A DNA stretch of 64,000 nucleotides, taken from an uncultured Acidobacteriota bacterium (GTDB taxonomy: Bacteria; Actinomycetota; Acidimicrobiia; Spongiisociales; ZC4RG35). The DNA lies in NCBI GenBank assembly GCA_963828465.1, contig CAWHEU010000002.1, positions 96,001-160,000 of the forward strand, read 5' to 3'. Shown in pieces: positions 20,192 to 30,772 of this stretch. A program made the translations under genes and the position numbers. Positions within the stretch are counted from its first letter, which is position 1. Each line of letters starts with the position of its first letter. The notes below the pieces were generated by a model. The model did not search any database and was not told the origin of the DNA. It saw only the letters and a list, made by a program, of their open reading frames with translations.

Positions 20192-21204
20192 TCGCAGACG
20201 CCACCACGCCCGCGGTCCGACTCACCGGCATCGGCACGCTCGAGCATGTGGAGCTGCCCCTCGACGAGCCCTCCGAAGGCGAGGCGCTTCTGCGGGTGTT
20301 GGCGGTGGGCCTGTGTGGATCTGACGCTCACTGGTTCAAAGGGGGCTCGATAGGCGACGCCAACCTCGGCGACGGGCTGGTGCTGGGCCACGAGTTCGCA
20401 GCTGTCATCGAATCAGGCCCGCGCACAGGCCAGCGAGTCGCCGTCGACCCTGCCATCCCGTGCCTCGAATGTGAGCAGTGCGCCGCCGGGCGCCCCAACC
20501 TATGTCTTCGCCTGAAGTTCGCCGGGCATAGCGTCGATGGCGCCTTGCGACGTCAGATGGTCTGGCCGGAGCGGTGCCTCGTCCCCATTCCCGATGACCT
20601 ACCCGACGAGCAGGGAGCGATGCTCGAGCCACTCGGGGTGGCCCTCCACGCCATCGACCTGGCGGGGGACATCGAAGGCGCCTCGGTCGGCGTGATCGGC
20701 TGTGGCCCAATCGGCCTGCTCCTGATCGCGGCCCTGCGACGGAGCGGGGCCGGGCGCATCGTCGCCACCGATCCGCTGGCCCATCGTGTGGAGGCGGGCG
20801 AAGCCATGGGCGCGGACGAAGTGCTCTCCATCGAAGACGATGTCGGGTCTTTGGTCGGCGAGGTCGTAGGTGGTCTCGATGTCGTATTCGAGACCGCCGG
20901 AACCGACGCTGCCCTGAACGATGCCCTGGTGGCGGCTCGGCCGGGGGCAACCGTGGTGTTGGTCGGCATCCCCGACCGGGACCGAGCCTCCTTCGTCGCC
21001 TCTCTTGCACGCCGCAAAGAGATCACGATGACGGTGTGCCGGCGAATGCTGCCCCAAGACCTGGTCAGGGCAGCCGAGATGGCGGAAGCGGGGATGCCCG
21101 GGCTCGACCGAATGGTGACCCATCATTACCCGCTCAGCGAGACCGGCGAGGCGTTCGGCATCCTGGACGACCGTCGCGGGCTCAAGGTGGTGATCCACCC
21201 CTAA
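20188..21204 (+). CDS. Zinc-dependent polyol/sugar dehydrogenase (sorbitol dehydrogenase-like); start possibly CTG 20188
   Basis: GLCGSD, LGHE, CLECEQC..GRPNLC, EPLGVA.HA, GCGPIG. Confidence 0.88.
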   Translation: MIADATTPAVRLTGIGTLEHVELPLDEPSEGEALLRVLAVGLCGSDAHWFKGGSIGDANLGDGLVLGHEFAAVIESGPRTGQRVAVDPAIPCLECEQCAAGRPNLCLRLKFAGHSVDGALRRQMVWPERCLVPIPDDLPDEQGAMLEPLGVALHAIDLAGDIEGASVGVIGCGPIGLLLIAALRRSGAGRIVATDPLAHRVEAGEAMGADEVLSIEDDVGSLVGEVVGGLDVVFETAGTDAALNDALVAARPGATVVLVGIPDRDRASFVASLARRKEITMTVCRRMLPQDLVRAAEMAEAGMPGLDRMVTHHYPLSETGEAFGILDDRRGLKVVIHP

Positions 21205-21221
21205 TCGGCTCGCAGACCAGG

Positions 21222-21264
21222 TGGATAACCTATGCAGGCAAGGCTATGCTGACAATCGTATCCA
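21222..21264 (+). promoter_or_regulatory. Two candidate LacI-type operators flanking a -10 box upstream of the LacI gene and araDBA
   Basis: TGGATAACCTATGCA (21222), TATGCT (21245), GACAATCGTATCCA (21251). Confidence 0.55.
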
Positions 21265-21391
21265 GTGATCTCCGGCCCGGCACTGGAAGACCTGTGCCTG
21301 GGCCGAGAGGGGGCGGTTAGCTTGATGGGGCAGACACGCTCATCGGATCGGAATGAGACGTGGTGAGGCGCACGCAGAGAGGGAATTTGGG

Positions 21392-22423
21392 TTGACGACA
21401 TCTCGGCCTGTGACCATGCAGGACATCGCCCGCGCCGCGGGTGTGTCGCAATCAACCGTGTCCCGCGTCCTCAACGACACGCCGACCTCGGTGCCCATCG
21501 CCGCCGAGACCAGAGAACGAGTGCAGGAGGTTGCCAAGCGCCTGGGTTACCGGCCTAACCCATTGGCCCGGGGGCTGCGCGGGGCTCGGACCATGCTCCT
21601 CGGGGTCATTGTCAGGGAGATCACCGACCCCTTCTTCGCGGTGGCGATCGAAGCGCTGTCGACCGAGGCACTGGCCCGCGGTTACAACGTCGTCCTGGGA
21701 AGCGCCCACAGCAAGGCCGACGAGGCCATCGCCCTCAGAGCGGTGCTCGAGACACGGCATTGCGACGCCATCCTCCTCCTGGGCGACATGAGGGATGAGC
21801 CCAAGTTCCTCGAAGATCTCCGCGCCTCGCAGACTCCGGTGATCGCTCTGTGGCATGGCACCGAGCTCGAAGGGGTCCCGACCGTCAACATCGACAACCG
21901 CGCCGGCATGGTCGCGGGCATCGACCACCTGATCGACCTCGGTCACGAACGCATCGCTTTCATCGGTGGCCGCCCTCTCGGAGACATCCGCGAGCGTCAC
22001 ACCGCCTTCGTGGCGCATCTCGAGGAAAAGGGCATCCCGGTGCCCGATGAGTATGTGATGACCGTCATCAACGAGCCCGCAGGTGGAGACGCTGCTCTTC
22101 GAACCCTCATGAGCCTCGAGACGCCACCGACCGCCGTCGTCTGCTCCACCGACCATCTGGCCACCGGGGTGCTCCACGCCGCTGCAGACATCGGGCTCTC
22201 CGTGCCCGAGGATCTGTCGGTTGTCGGTTTCGACGACATCCCGATGGCCAGCTTCACGGTGCCGGCCCTGACCACAGTCCACATGCCAATCGCCGAGATG
22301 ACAGCGGCAGCGGCCCGGCTCGCCATGGATGAAGCCGAAGATGGTCAGGACGGCGGGGGAAATTTCGTCGTCACGCCGCAATTGGTGGTGCGGAAATCGA
22401 CCGGTCAGGCCCCGGGCCGATGA
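21392..22423 (+). CDS. LacI family transcriptional regulator
   Basis: TMQDIARAAGVSQSTVSRVLN, LGYRPNPLARGL, LSVVGFDD, PALTTV. Confidence 0.95.
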   Translation: MTTSRPVTMQDIARAAGVSQSTVSRVLNDTPTSVPIAAETRERVQEVAKRLGYRPNPLARGLRGARTMLLGVIVREITDPFFAVAIEALSTEALARGYNVVLGSAHSKADEAIALRAVLETRHCDAILLLGDMRDEPKFLEDLRASQTPVIALWHGTELEGVPTVNIDNRAGMVAGIDHLIDLGHERIAFIGGRPLGDIRERHTAFVAHLEEKGIPVPDEYVMTVINEPAGGDAALRTLMSLETPPTAVVCSTDHLATGVLHAAADIGLSVPEDLSVVGFDDIPMASFTVPALTTVHMPIAEMTAAAARLAMDEAEDGQDGGGNFVVTPQLVVRKSTGQAPGR

Positions 22424-23127
22424 GCGGGGAGCACGCCGACCTACGCCAATCGGCAGCCCGGGCGAATAATGAGATAGCCGAGGCGGGCCTGGTGGTCCAT
22501 GCCTTCGGCAACGCGAGCCAGGTCGACCGCGACGAGCGGGTGTTCGCGATCAAGCCGAGTGGGATCCCGTGCCGGGAGGTGACCGGTGACGACATCGTCG
22601 TGGTCAGCCTCGACGACGGCGACGTGGTGTGGGGTGAGAACCGCCCTTCCTCGGACACGCCAACTCATCGGGCGATATTCAATGGTCTCGAGGAAGTCGG
22701 TGGCGTCGTCCACACCCACTCCAGGTTCGCCACTTCCTGGGCACAGGCACGGCTGCCAATTCCCTGTCTGGGGACCACCCATGCCGACCACTTTCGAGGC
22801 TCGGTCCCGGTGACACGGCCACTCTCGGCCGAGGAGATCGAAGGTGACTACGAGTCGAACACCGGCCGGGTCATCGTGGAGATGTATGGCGTCGACGGAC
22901 TCCACCCGGACGAGGCCCCTGGCGCACTGGTCGCGTCACACGGCCCGTTTGCCTGGGGCCCGGACGCGAGTGCGGCGGTCGAGATGGCGGCGGCCATCGA
23001 GTTGATAGCCGAGCTGGCCGCCCACACCCTGGCGATCGGGCGGGACCGTCCTCCGATCGAAGACGAGCTCCTCGAGCGGCACTTCAGCCGAAAGCACGGC
23101 CCCATGGCGTACTACGGGCAGCCATGA
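22420..23127 (+). CDS. araD: L-ribulose-5-phosphate 4-epimerase
   Basis: FGNASQ, IKPSG, PSSDTPTH, VHTHS, GTTHADHF, SHGPF.WG, RKHG..AYYGQ. Confidence 0.95.
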   Translation: MSGEHADLRQSAARANNEIAEAGLVVHAFGNASQVDRDERVFAIKPSGIPCREVTGDDIVVVSLDDGDVVWGENRPSSDTPTHRAIFNGLEEVGGVVHTHSRFATSWAQARLPIPCLGTTHADHFRGSVPVTRPLSAEEIEGDYESNTGRVIVEMYGVDGLHPDEAPGALVASHGPFAWGPDASAAVEMAAAIELIAELAAHTLAIGRDRPPIEDELLERHFSRKHGPMAYYGQP

Positions 23128-24800
23128 GCGGCGCAGGCAAGGCGACGGTGGGTGTCGACTTCGGGACCGAGTCGGCACGGGCGGTCCTGGTCGACGTGGG
23201 GACAGGCCGGGAGTTGGCCACTGCGGTGCACAGGTATGCCTCAGGGGTCATAGACCAACGTCTTCCCGGCGACGGCGCTCCCTTGGCCCCCGATTGGGCA
23301 TTGCAAGACCCCGACGACTATCTGGATGCGCTCGGGTCGACTGTTCGAGCGGTGCTCGCCGAAACCGGAATCGATCCGTCCGATGTGATCGGGATTGGGA
23401 TCGACTTCACCGCATGCACCATGCTCCCGGTCACCTCCGAGGGAATCCCCTTGTGCCGCATCCCCGAGCTTCGCCCCGACCCACATTCATGGGTCAAGCT
23501 GTGGAAACACCATGCCGCCCAGCCGGAAGCGGATCTGATCAATGCGACGGCGGAGGCCCGGGGTGACGCCTGGCTGGACCGGTACGGGCGTCGGACCTCC
23601 TCGGAGTGGTTCTTCGCCAAGGCGCTGCAGATCCTGGATGAGGCGCCCGCCATCTATGCGAGAGCGGATCGCCTCATCGAGGCGGCCGATTGGGTGGTAT
23701 GGCAATTGACGGGTGTCGAGACCCGGAACAGCTGCACGGCCGGGTACAAAGCCCTTTGGTCCAAACAGGAGGGGTTTCCGGACCGTGCCTTCTTCGAGGC
23801 CCTCGCCGCAGATTTCGCCGACGTCGTCGACGAGAAGATGTCCCGGGACATCTCCAGCCCCGGAGAGAGAGCGGGCCTCATCAGCGCCGATGCGGCCACT
23901 TTGACCGGGTTGAACGTGGGCACGCCCGTGGCCGTCGCCAACGTCGATGCCCACGTCTCGGTTCCCGCCGCGACGGTGGTGACGCCGGGCTCACTGGTGG
24001 CGGTGATGGGCACCAGCACCTGTCATCTCGCCTTGGCCGATGTCGACCGTGTGGTGCCGGGCTTTTGCGGCGTCGTGGAAGACGGCGTGATCCCGGGTCT
24101 CTTCGGCTACGAGGCGGGGCAGGCGGCGGTCGGAGACATGTTCGCCTGGTTCGCCGGGATCCTCGCTCGGGATGGCGGGTCGCTCGATGAGTTGCACCGG
24201 TCGCTGGAACGCGACGCCGCGTTGCTCGAGCCGGGTGAGTCCGGCGTCGTAGCCCTCGACTGGTGGAACGGGAACCGATCGATCCTCGTCGACGCCGAGC
24301 TGACCGGGCTCTTGATGGGGGCAACTCTCGCCACCGGCCCCGGCGAGATCTATCGCGCCCTCCTGGAATCCACCGTTTTCGGCACCAGGGTCATCATCGA
24401 GACACTCGAGGAATCGGGGATAGGGGTCGACGAGATGGTGGTTTGTGGCGGGCTGCCATTCCAGAACCGGCTGCTCATGCAGCTCTCAGCCGACATCACC
24501 GGGCGCCCGGTTCGGGTCGCCGAGTCACGCCAGGCCCCCGCACTCGGCTCGGCGATGTTCGCCGCCGTGGCGGCCGGGCCCGAGTTGGGAGGGTACGACT
24601 CGATCGTCGAGGCGTCGGAGCGGATGGCCCGGCTCGGGGAGGACGAGTACCTGCCCAACGAGTCGACGCGGCCCGTCTATGACGACCTGTACTCCATCTA
24701 CAAGGACCTTCACGACACGATGGCGGGCCCTTCGTCGGGCATGAGGAAGCTGCGCTCGGTGCAGGAAAGAGCACGAAAACAGACGGTGGTGCCGGTATGA
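23124..24800 (+). CDS. araB: Ribulokinase
   Basis: [59 protein letters not shown]. Confidence 0.95.
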   Translation: MSGAGKATVGVDFGTESARAVLVDVGTGRELATAVHRYASGVIDQRLPGDGAPLAPDWALQDPDDYLDALGSTVRAVLAETGIDPSDVIGIGIDFTACTMLPVTSEGIPLCRIPELRPDPHSWVKLWKHHAAQPEADLINATAEARGDAWLDRYGRRTSSEWFFAKALQILDEAPAIYARADRLIEAADWVVWQLTGVETRNSCTAGYKALWSKQEGFPDRAFFEALAADFADVVDEKMSRDISSPGERAGLISADAATLTGLNVGTPVAVANVDAHVSVPAATVVTPGSLVAVMGTSTCHLALADVDRVVPGFCGVVEDGVIPGLFGYEAGQAAVGDMFAWFAGILARDGGSLDELHRSLERDAALLEPGESGVVALDWWNGNRSILVDAELTGLLMGATLATGPGEIYRALLESTVFGTRVIIETLEESGIGVDEMVVCGGLPFQNRLLMQLSADITGRPVRVAESRQAPALGSAMFAAVAAGPELGGYDSIVEASERMARLGEDEYLPNESTRPVYDDLYSIYKDLHDTMAGPSSGMRKLRSVQERARKQTVVPV

Positions 24801-26302
24801 AATCGCTTGACAGCTTCGAGGTGTGGTTCCTGACCGGAAGCCAGGGCCTTTACGGCGAAGAGGTGCTCCAGCAGGTCGCCGACAACTCGGCTGCGATCGC
24901 CGGCGGTCTGGACGACGCCGACGACATCCCGGTGCGCATCGTTCCCAAGCCGGTAGTGAGCAGCCCCGAAGCGATCGAGGATGTGTGTCGCCAGGCCAAC
25001 ACCAACCCTGGATGCGTCGGGGTCATCGCCTGGATGCACACGTTCTCCCCGGCCAAGATGTGGATCCCCGGGCTCATGGCCCTGGACAAGCCACTGCTCC
25101 ACCTCCACACTCAGTTCAACCGCGATCTGCCCTGGGCCGAGATCGACATGGACTTCATGAATCTCAACCAGGCGGCCCATGGGGATCGTGAGTTCGGCTT
25201 CGTCCTATCCCGACTGAGGGTGGCGCGGAAGATCGTCGTCGGGCATTGGCAAGACCCGGCGGTCGCGGCTCGCATCGGTAGCTGGGCTCGGGCCGCCTGC
25301 GGATGGCAAGAATCGCGAAATCTGAAGCTGGCCCGATTCGGGAGCAACATGCGACGCGTTGCGGTGACCGATGGTGACCGGCTGGAGGCACAGGTGCGGC
25401 TCGGTGTGGCCGTCGATGGGTTTGGCGTCGCCGATCTCGAGACTGCGATGGCGAACGTCGAGCGGCAGGCGATCCACAAGCTGATCGGCGAGTACCACGA
25501 CGAGTACGAGATGGCGCCCGAGCTCGCTCGAGGAGGCGACCGTCACGAGTCACTGGTCGAAGCTGCGCGCATCGAGGCCGGTCTGCGGGACTTCCTCGAA
25601 GCGGGTGGGTTCATGGCATTCACCGACACCTTCGAGGATCTTGCCGGCCTTCCCCAGCTCCCCGGTATCGCCGTGCAGAGGTTGATGGCCGACGGCTACG
25701 GGTTCGGAGCCGAGGGAGATTGGAAGACGGCGACGATGGTCCGGATCATGAAGGTGATGGGTGCGGGCCGAAGTGGCGGCGCATCCTTCATGGAGGACTA
25801 CACCTACCACCTCGGTGACGGGGGGCCCAAGGTCCTCGGCGCCCACATGCTCGAGGTATGCCCGTCGATCGCCGGCGGCCGTCCCTCGTGTGAGATCCAT
25901 CCGCTCTCGATCGGGGGCAAGCCCGACCCGGTGCGGCTGGTGTTCACCGCCCGGACCGGCCCCGGCGTGGTGGTCGGCCTCATGGATCTCGGCAACCGGT
26001 TCCGTCTGGTGGCCAACGAGGTAGAGCTCACCGATCCCGACGAACCGTTGCCGAATCTCCCTGTCGCCCGCGCCGTGTGGAAGCCGCTTCCCGATTTCGA
26101 GACCGCGGCGTCGTCCTGGCTACTGGCCGGGGGTTCGCATCACACCTGTCTGAGCCTCGATGTCGACATCGAGATCCTCACCGATTTCGCCAACATGGCC
26201 GGAGTCGAACTGGCCGTCATCGATCACGACACGACCTTTGCCTCATTCGAGCGGGAGCTCCGCTGGAATCAGGCCTATCACCATCTCGTCACCGGTCCCT
26301 GA
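24797..26302 (+). CDS. araA: L-arabinose isomerase
   Basis: [58 protein letters not shown]. Confidence 0.97.
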   Translation: MKSLDSFEVWFLTGSQGLYGEEVLQQVADNSAAIAGGLDDADDIPVRIVPKPVVSSPEAIEDVCRQANTNPGCVGVIAWMHTFSPAKMWIPGLMALDKPLLHLHTQFNRDLPWAEIDMDFMNLNQAAHGDREFGFVLSRLRVARKIVVGHWQDPAVAARIGSWARAACGWQESRNLKLARFGSNMRRVAVTDGDRLEAQVRLGVAVDGFGVADLETAMANVERQAIHKLIGEYHDEYEMAPELARGGDRHESLVEAARIEAGLRDFLEAGGFMAFTDTFEDLAGLPQLPGIAVQRLMADGYGFGAEGDWKTATMVRIMKVMGAGRSGGASFMEDYTYHLGDGGPKVLGAHMLEVCPSIAGGRPSCEIHPLSIGGKPDPVRLVFTARTGPGVVVGLMDLGNRFRLVANEVELTDPDEPLPNLPVARAVWKPLPDFETAASSWLLAGGSHHTCLSLDVDIEILTDFANMAGVELAVIDHDTTFASFERELRWNQAYHHLVTGP

Positions 26303-26350
26303 CCGACCCCGGAGCTCCTGCGTCTCTAGTGGTAGTGGACTTGATTACGT

Positions 26351-26383
26351 TTGACAGCATTCCCTTGTATGCATAGGATTGCA
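26351..26383 (+). promoter_or_regulatory. Housekeeping-sigma promoter with overlapping LacI-type operator
   Basis: TTGACA (26351) - 17 nt - TAGGAT (26374); TGCATAGGATTGCA at 26370-26383 covers the -10. Confidence 0.75.
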
Positions 26384-26533
26384 CTCGCTGGAGTGACAGC
26401 TGGAAGTGGCAGGGAAGGCGACTGGGAATTGCCCTTTCGCGGTTACCGGGAGGCGGGTCGGCGTCGGGAGCGCCGCTCCTCTTCCGCCCGAGACGCGGGA
26501 CTCGGGCATGACCCAACAAGGAGGAGAAAACAG

Positions 26534-27990
26534 GTGAACACGAGAAAGCATGGCGGCCTACTTAGCAGGCCGTCGGTCCTTCTCATCATGGCCATCGTGA
26601 TGGCAATGGTGGTTGGGGCCTGTGCCGACAGCGGCGCGGAAGAGACGACCACGTCGGCCGCTGCCGAGGAGACCACCACCAGCGCGGCTGCCGAGGAGAC
26701 GACCACCAGCGCCGCCACTGAAGAGACGACCACGAGCGCAGCTGCCGAGGCGCTAGCAGTGACTTGCGAGCCCACGGCGGCGGACGCCGAGGGAGCGCTG
26801 ATCATGTGGGAGAGGACCGGGGGCAACGCCCAGATGGTCGACGCCCTTGTCTGCGCCTGGAACGGTCGCAACCCCGACCGCCCGATCAGCCTGGAGTACA
26901 TCGAGCACACCGCGATGGTCGACCGTCTGGCCCGCGGCCTGGCAACGGGTGACGTGCCCGACCTGATGGGCCTCGACCTGATCTACGGCCCGCAGTTCAC
27001 CAGCGCCGACCAGCTGCAGGATGTCACCGACCTCGTCGACCCAGACCTCATGGCACACCGCGGTCACGGGTCACGTAGAGGTGGCGACATGGGAGGACCG
27101 TCTCTACGGGGTCCCGCTCTATGCCGACGTCTCTGCGTTGTTCTGGAACAAGGACCTGTTCGAGGCTGCCGGCCTCGACCCGGAAGTGCCCCCGACGAAC
27201 CTGACCGAGCTGCATGACATGGCTGCGGCCATCACCGGAGTGCAGGACGGTGCCTACGGGTATTACCTGGCCGGCAACTGCGCCGGGTGCAACATCTTCA
27301 CCTTCGGCCCGATGATCTGGGCCAACGGTGGGAAGATCGAGCCGGCCGCGCCTGGCGATGAAGCCATGGTCACACCCGAGCAGATCGCCCCGGTCCTGGA
27401 GTGGGCCCGCATGATGCATCAGGAGGGTCACATCGATCCCGCCGCTCAGTCCGAGGATGGCGCCACCTTCGCCCAGGTGTTCGGCTCGGGCAATGTCGGA
27501 ATCATGGGGACCGGCAACTTCAACATCACCCTGGTGACCGGCGCCGAGGGCATCGAGGGCCAGAACCCGGACATGAACTTCGGCATCACCGTCATCCCCG
27601 GCCTCAACACCGGTGATGCCTCGTCGTTCGCCGGTGGTGACATCGTGGTTGTCCCCCAGGGCAGCGAGCGCTTGGAGGACGCCGTCGAATTCATGAACTT
27701 CATCCTCTCCGATGAGGTCCAGGTCGAGGTGTACGCCAAGTTGCTCAACATGACCACCCGGACCGACATGACCGACAACGAGTACTTCCAGGCCAACCCG
27801 CTGGTGCAGGACGTCGCGGCAGGCCATCGAGATCGCACAGACTCCGTTCACGTTGAAGTTCTTCGAGTTGATCAACTCGCCACAGGGGCCGTGGCTGCAG
27901 ATGCTGCAGCGGGTGTACTACAGCGACGACGACATCAACACCGTCATCGCAGATGCCAAGGCCGAGATGGAGGCAATCATCAACGAATGA
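26534..27990 (+). CDS. Sugar ABC transporter substrate-binding lipoprotein (frameshifts ~27053 and ~27818)
   Basis: RBS AGGAGG, GTG start, lipobox VGAC, YGVPLYAD..ALFWNKDLF..AGLDP; three frames join to a TGA at 27990. Confidence 0.88.
26636..26749 (+). repeat. Four 27-nt coding tandem repeats (AEETTTSAA) in lipoprotein linker
   Basis: Synonymously diverged repeats right after the lipobox. Confidence 0.85.
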
Positions 27991-28008
27991 CGGAGCGGGT
28001 CTGAGCTC

Positions 28009-28060
28009 GAAGCCGAAGGGCCGCAGTGCCATACCTCCGGGGTGCTGCGGCCCTTGCTTC
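28009..28060 (+). terminator. Intercistronic stem-loop after the substrate-binding gene
   Basis: AAGGGCCGCAG/CTGCGGCCCTT 11-bp stem extended by GAAGC/GCTTC. Confidence 0.6.
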
Positions 28061-28134
28061 ACCGTCGCCGTGATTCACCACGAAATACCATCGATGCCGG
28101 CCCTGCCTGACCGACGAACTGGCATCCACCACTC

Positions 28135-29008
28135 ATGACCAATCGCAGCAAGCTGACAGGTTTCTGGTACGTGCTGCCGGCCCTCCTCTTCGTCGTGACC
28201 TTCACCGCGTGGCCGTTCCTGCAGATGGTCTGGATCTCACTCAACGAGTGGTCGCTGATCACTCCCCCCGAGTTCGTCGGGCTCCAGAACTATATCGATG
28301 CCTTTGCCGATTCCCAGTTCTGGATCTCACTCCGTTTCACCCTGAAATACACCCTCTACATCACCCCGATCCTCATGATCGGCGGCTATCTCGTCGCATT
28401 GCTGGTGACCCCGAACAGCGGCTTGAGCCGTTTCACCCGGACGATCGTCTTCATACCGGTCGTGATCGGGCTCGGTGCCTCCAGCTTTCTCTGGTACTGG
28501 CTGTTCAGCCCCAACTACGGGCTGGTCAACAAGTTCCTGATCGACCTGGGGATCATCGACACCCCGATCCTCTGGCTCGGGGTCGATGCCGACCTCTCCA
28601 ACTGGGCGATCATCATCTCCGTGACCTGGAAAGTTCTCGGCTTCGGCATGATCCTCTTCGTCGCCGCCATCCAGGCCATCCCCCATGAGATAACCGAGGC
28701 GGCCATGGTGGACGGCGCCGGGTTCTGGCAAAGGGTGCGCAAGCTGATCCTGCCGCTCACCCGGAGGACGATCCTCCTGGTGACCCTGGTCAGTGTGATC
28801 GGGTCGCTCCTCGCCTTCGACCAGTTCTACATCATGACCGCCGGCCAGCCGCGGAACCTGACTGCCACCTCTGTCTTCTTCGTGTATCTCAACTCTTTTC
28901 CCGTATCTGAAGCTCGGCTACGGAGCCGCCCTCTCCATGATCCTGGCCCTGATCATCCTCGGTTTCACAATCGTCCAGATGATGCTCACCCGGAGGGCGG
29001 AGACGTGA
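28135..29008 (+). CDS. Carbohydrate ABC permease 1 (frameshift ~28897)
   Basis: FVGLQNY, EAAMVDGA loop; +1 frame continues PYLKLGYGAALSMIL... to TGA 29008. Confidence 0.88.
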
Positions 29009-29929
29009 CCCAGGTCTCGCTGCCACAGCCAGTAGGCACCGACCTCGAGCTAGAGATGGAGGGCGTGGGATCCGCCCACAGAGGTGGGCGATTCTGGTCG
29101 GGGCGCAGCAGGTACCTGTTGGGTGCGGTGTCGATCGTCATGTGCCTCGTGATGCTGACACCGATCGTGCTGTCGGTGGCAGCCTCTTTGAAGACGACCC
29201 AGGAGGCGGCGGCGGTTCCACCGACCTACTTCCCCAGCGAGCTCAGCCTGGACAACTACGAGAAGTTGTGGGACTACGGCAGCGGGCTGCCCAGGTATCT
29301 CGCGAATAGCGTGATCACCGCGTTCTTGACCATCGCCATGACTCTGATCCTCACCGTGCCTGCTGGTTATGGCCTGGCCAGATTCCCGATCCCCGGCAAG
29401 GAGTTCATCTTCGTCTTCCTCCTTCTGGCTCTGATCATCCCCTATCAAGCGCTGCTCACCCCGATCTTCCTCATGTTCTCCACATTGGGGTTGACCAACA
29501 ACCTGTTCGGCCTGGCCATCGTGCACACCCTGATCCAGCTCCCGTTCAGCATCTACATCATGCGCAACGCCTTCGAGGCCGTCCCTCGCGAATTGGAAGA
29601 GGCGGCCCTGGTGGACGGTGCCAGCACATGGCAGGTTCTGCGGCGGGTATTCCTGCCCAACATGGTCCCCGCGATCATCACCGTGACCCTGTTTGCCTTT
29701 GTCATGTCATGGAACGAGTTCTTGGGAGCCCTGGTGATGCTGACCAGGGACACCACTCTCACCTTGCCCCTGGTGCTCGCCGCCGCCCGCAGCGTCACCA
29801 GCCTGGGCAGCACCGACTGGGGGATGCTCCAGGCAGGAGTGACGGTCGCGATCATCCCCTGCGTCCTCTTCTACCTGCTGCTCCAGCGGTACTACGTCTC
29901 CGGCCTGCTCACCGGGGCTGGTGAAGTAG
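29005..29929 (+). CDS. Carbohydrate ABC permease 2 (probable indel just before the stop)
   Basis: GTG overlapping upstream TGA; NSVI, ELEEAALVDGA, SWNEF; expected GAVK-stop end in shifted frame (TAG 29929). Confidence 0.88.
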
Positions 29930-30208
29930 CGAGCGAGGACTCAGGCCGTCGTCGTCCTCGGTTTCGAGGCCGAGTGCGACGAAGATCCGGTGTCTCTCCT
30001 CGTCGAAGTGACTCTGGCTGACCTGATTTGCTGCGTACTCGTCGCTGAGACGGGCGAACTCTTCGTGCAGGTGGGTCTCCTCGTCGGCGGTCAGCTTGGG
30101 TGGCCCGTCCCCCTTGGCCTCTTGGCGCTCCTGTTTGTCTTCCTTCTTCTGCTGACGGGCCAGCTCTCGCGACCGCTTTGCCATCGCCTCGCGCCCTCGC
30201 TTGGCCAT
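29909..30208 (-). CDS. Small hypothetical protein with basic N-terminus and acidic C-terminus
   Basis: MAKRGREAMAKRSRELARQQKKEDKQERQ...; GC3-rich codons; divergent from RRM gene. Confidence 0.6.
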   Translation of the reverse strand: MAKRGREAMAKRSRELARQQKKEDKQERQEAKGDGPPKLTADEETHLHEEFARLSDEYAANQVSQSHFDEERHRIFVALGLETEDDDGLSPRSLLHQPR

Positions 30209-30517
30209 ATCAGCTGCACGCCCCGAGCAAGTTGGATTTGATCATGGATGAGCCCTTCCTGGCTGCCGCTTACCAAAGACCCTAACCGTCGGTGGGGGCT
30301 GAGCAGGGCGAACGTCTTCTGCTATGACGTCGCCACCGGCTAGCATGGGGGCACAGCGCACGCCTGATGCGTGCTGCGCCTTTCTTCGCTTCCTTCGTTC
30401 CGTCGGGTGAAGTCACCGCAGGGCCCAAGCCGAGACTCCCCGCTTCACGCGAACCCGTCCCGGATGTCCCGGCGGGGCGTGATGAGTACGACGGCACGAG
30501 CTCAAAGGAGCATGCAC

Positions 30518-30772
30518 ATGTCCACCAACATCTACGTGGGAAACCTCACGTTCGACACCGATTCGCGGCGTCTCGAGGATCTCTTCTCGGAGCACGGCAC
30601 CGTGACCAAGGCCCAGGTCATCACCGATCGTGAGACCGGCCGCTCGCGTGGCTTCGGCTTCGTCGAGATGGGCTCGGCCGAGGCGGCCGAGAAGGCGATC
30701 TCGGCCCTCAACGGCAAGGACCTCGGCGGGCGTCAGCTCACCGTCAACCTCGCCAAAGAGCGCTCGCGTTGA
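30518..30772 (+). CDS. RRM (RNP-type) RNA-binding protein
   Basis: RNP2 IYVGNL, RNP1 RGFGFVEM, DRETGRS, GRQLTVN.A; RBS AAGGAG. Confidence 0.95.
   Translation: MSTNIYVGNLTFDTDSRRLEDLFSEHGTVTKAQVITDRETGRSRGFGFVEMGSAEAAEKAISALNGKDLGGRQLTVNLAKERSR

Noticed and set aside
26636-26749. Regularly spaced repeats suggestive of a CRISPR array
   Set aside because: They are in-frame coding repeats with synonymous variation, no spacers and no cas genes.
28135-30021. 628-aa ORF looking like a fused double permease
   Set aside because: One extra base near 28897 joins two normal permeases. The true stop/start overlap (GTGA, 29005-29008) is visible.
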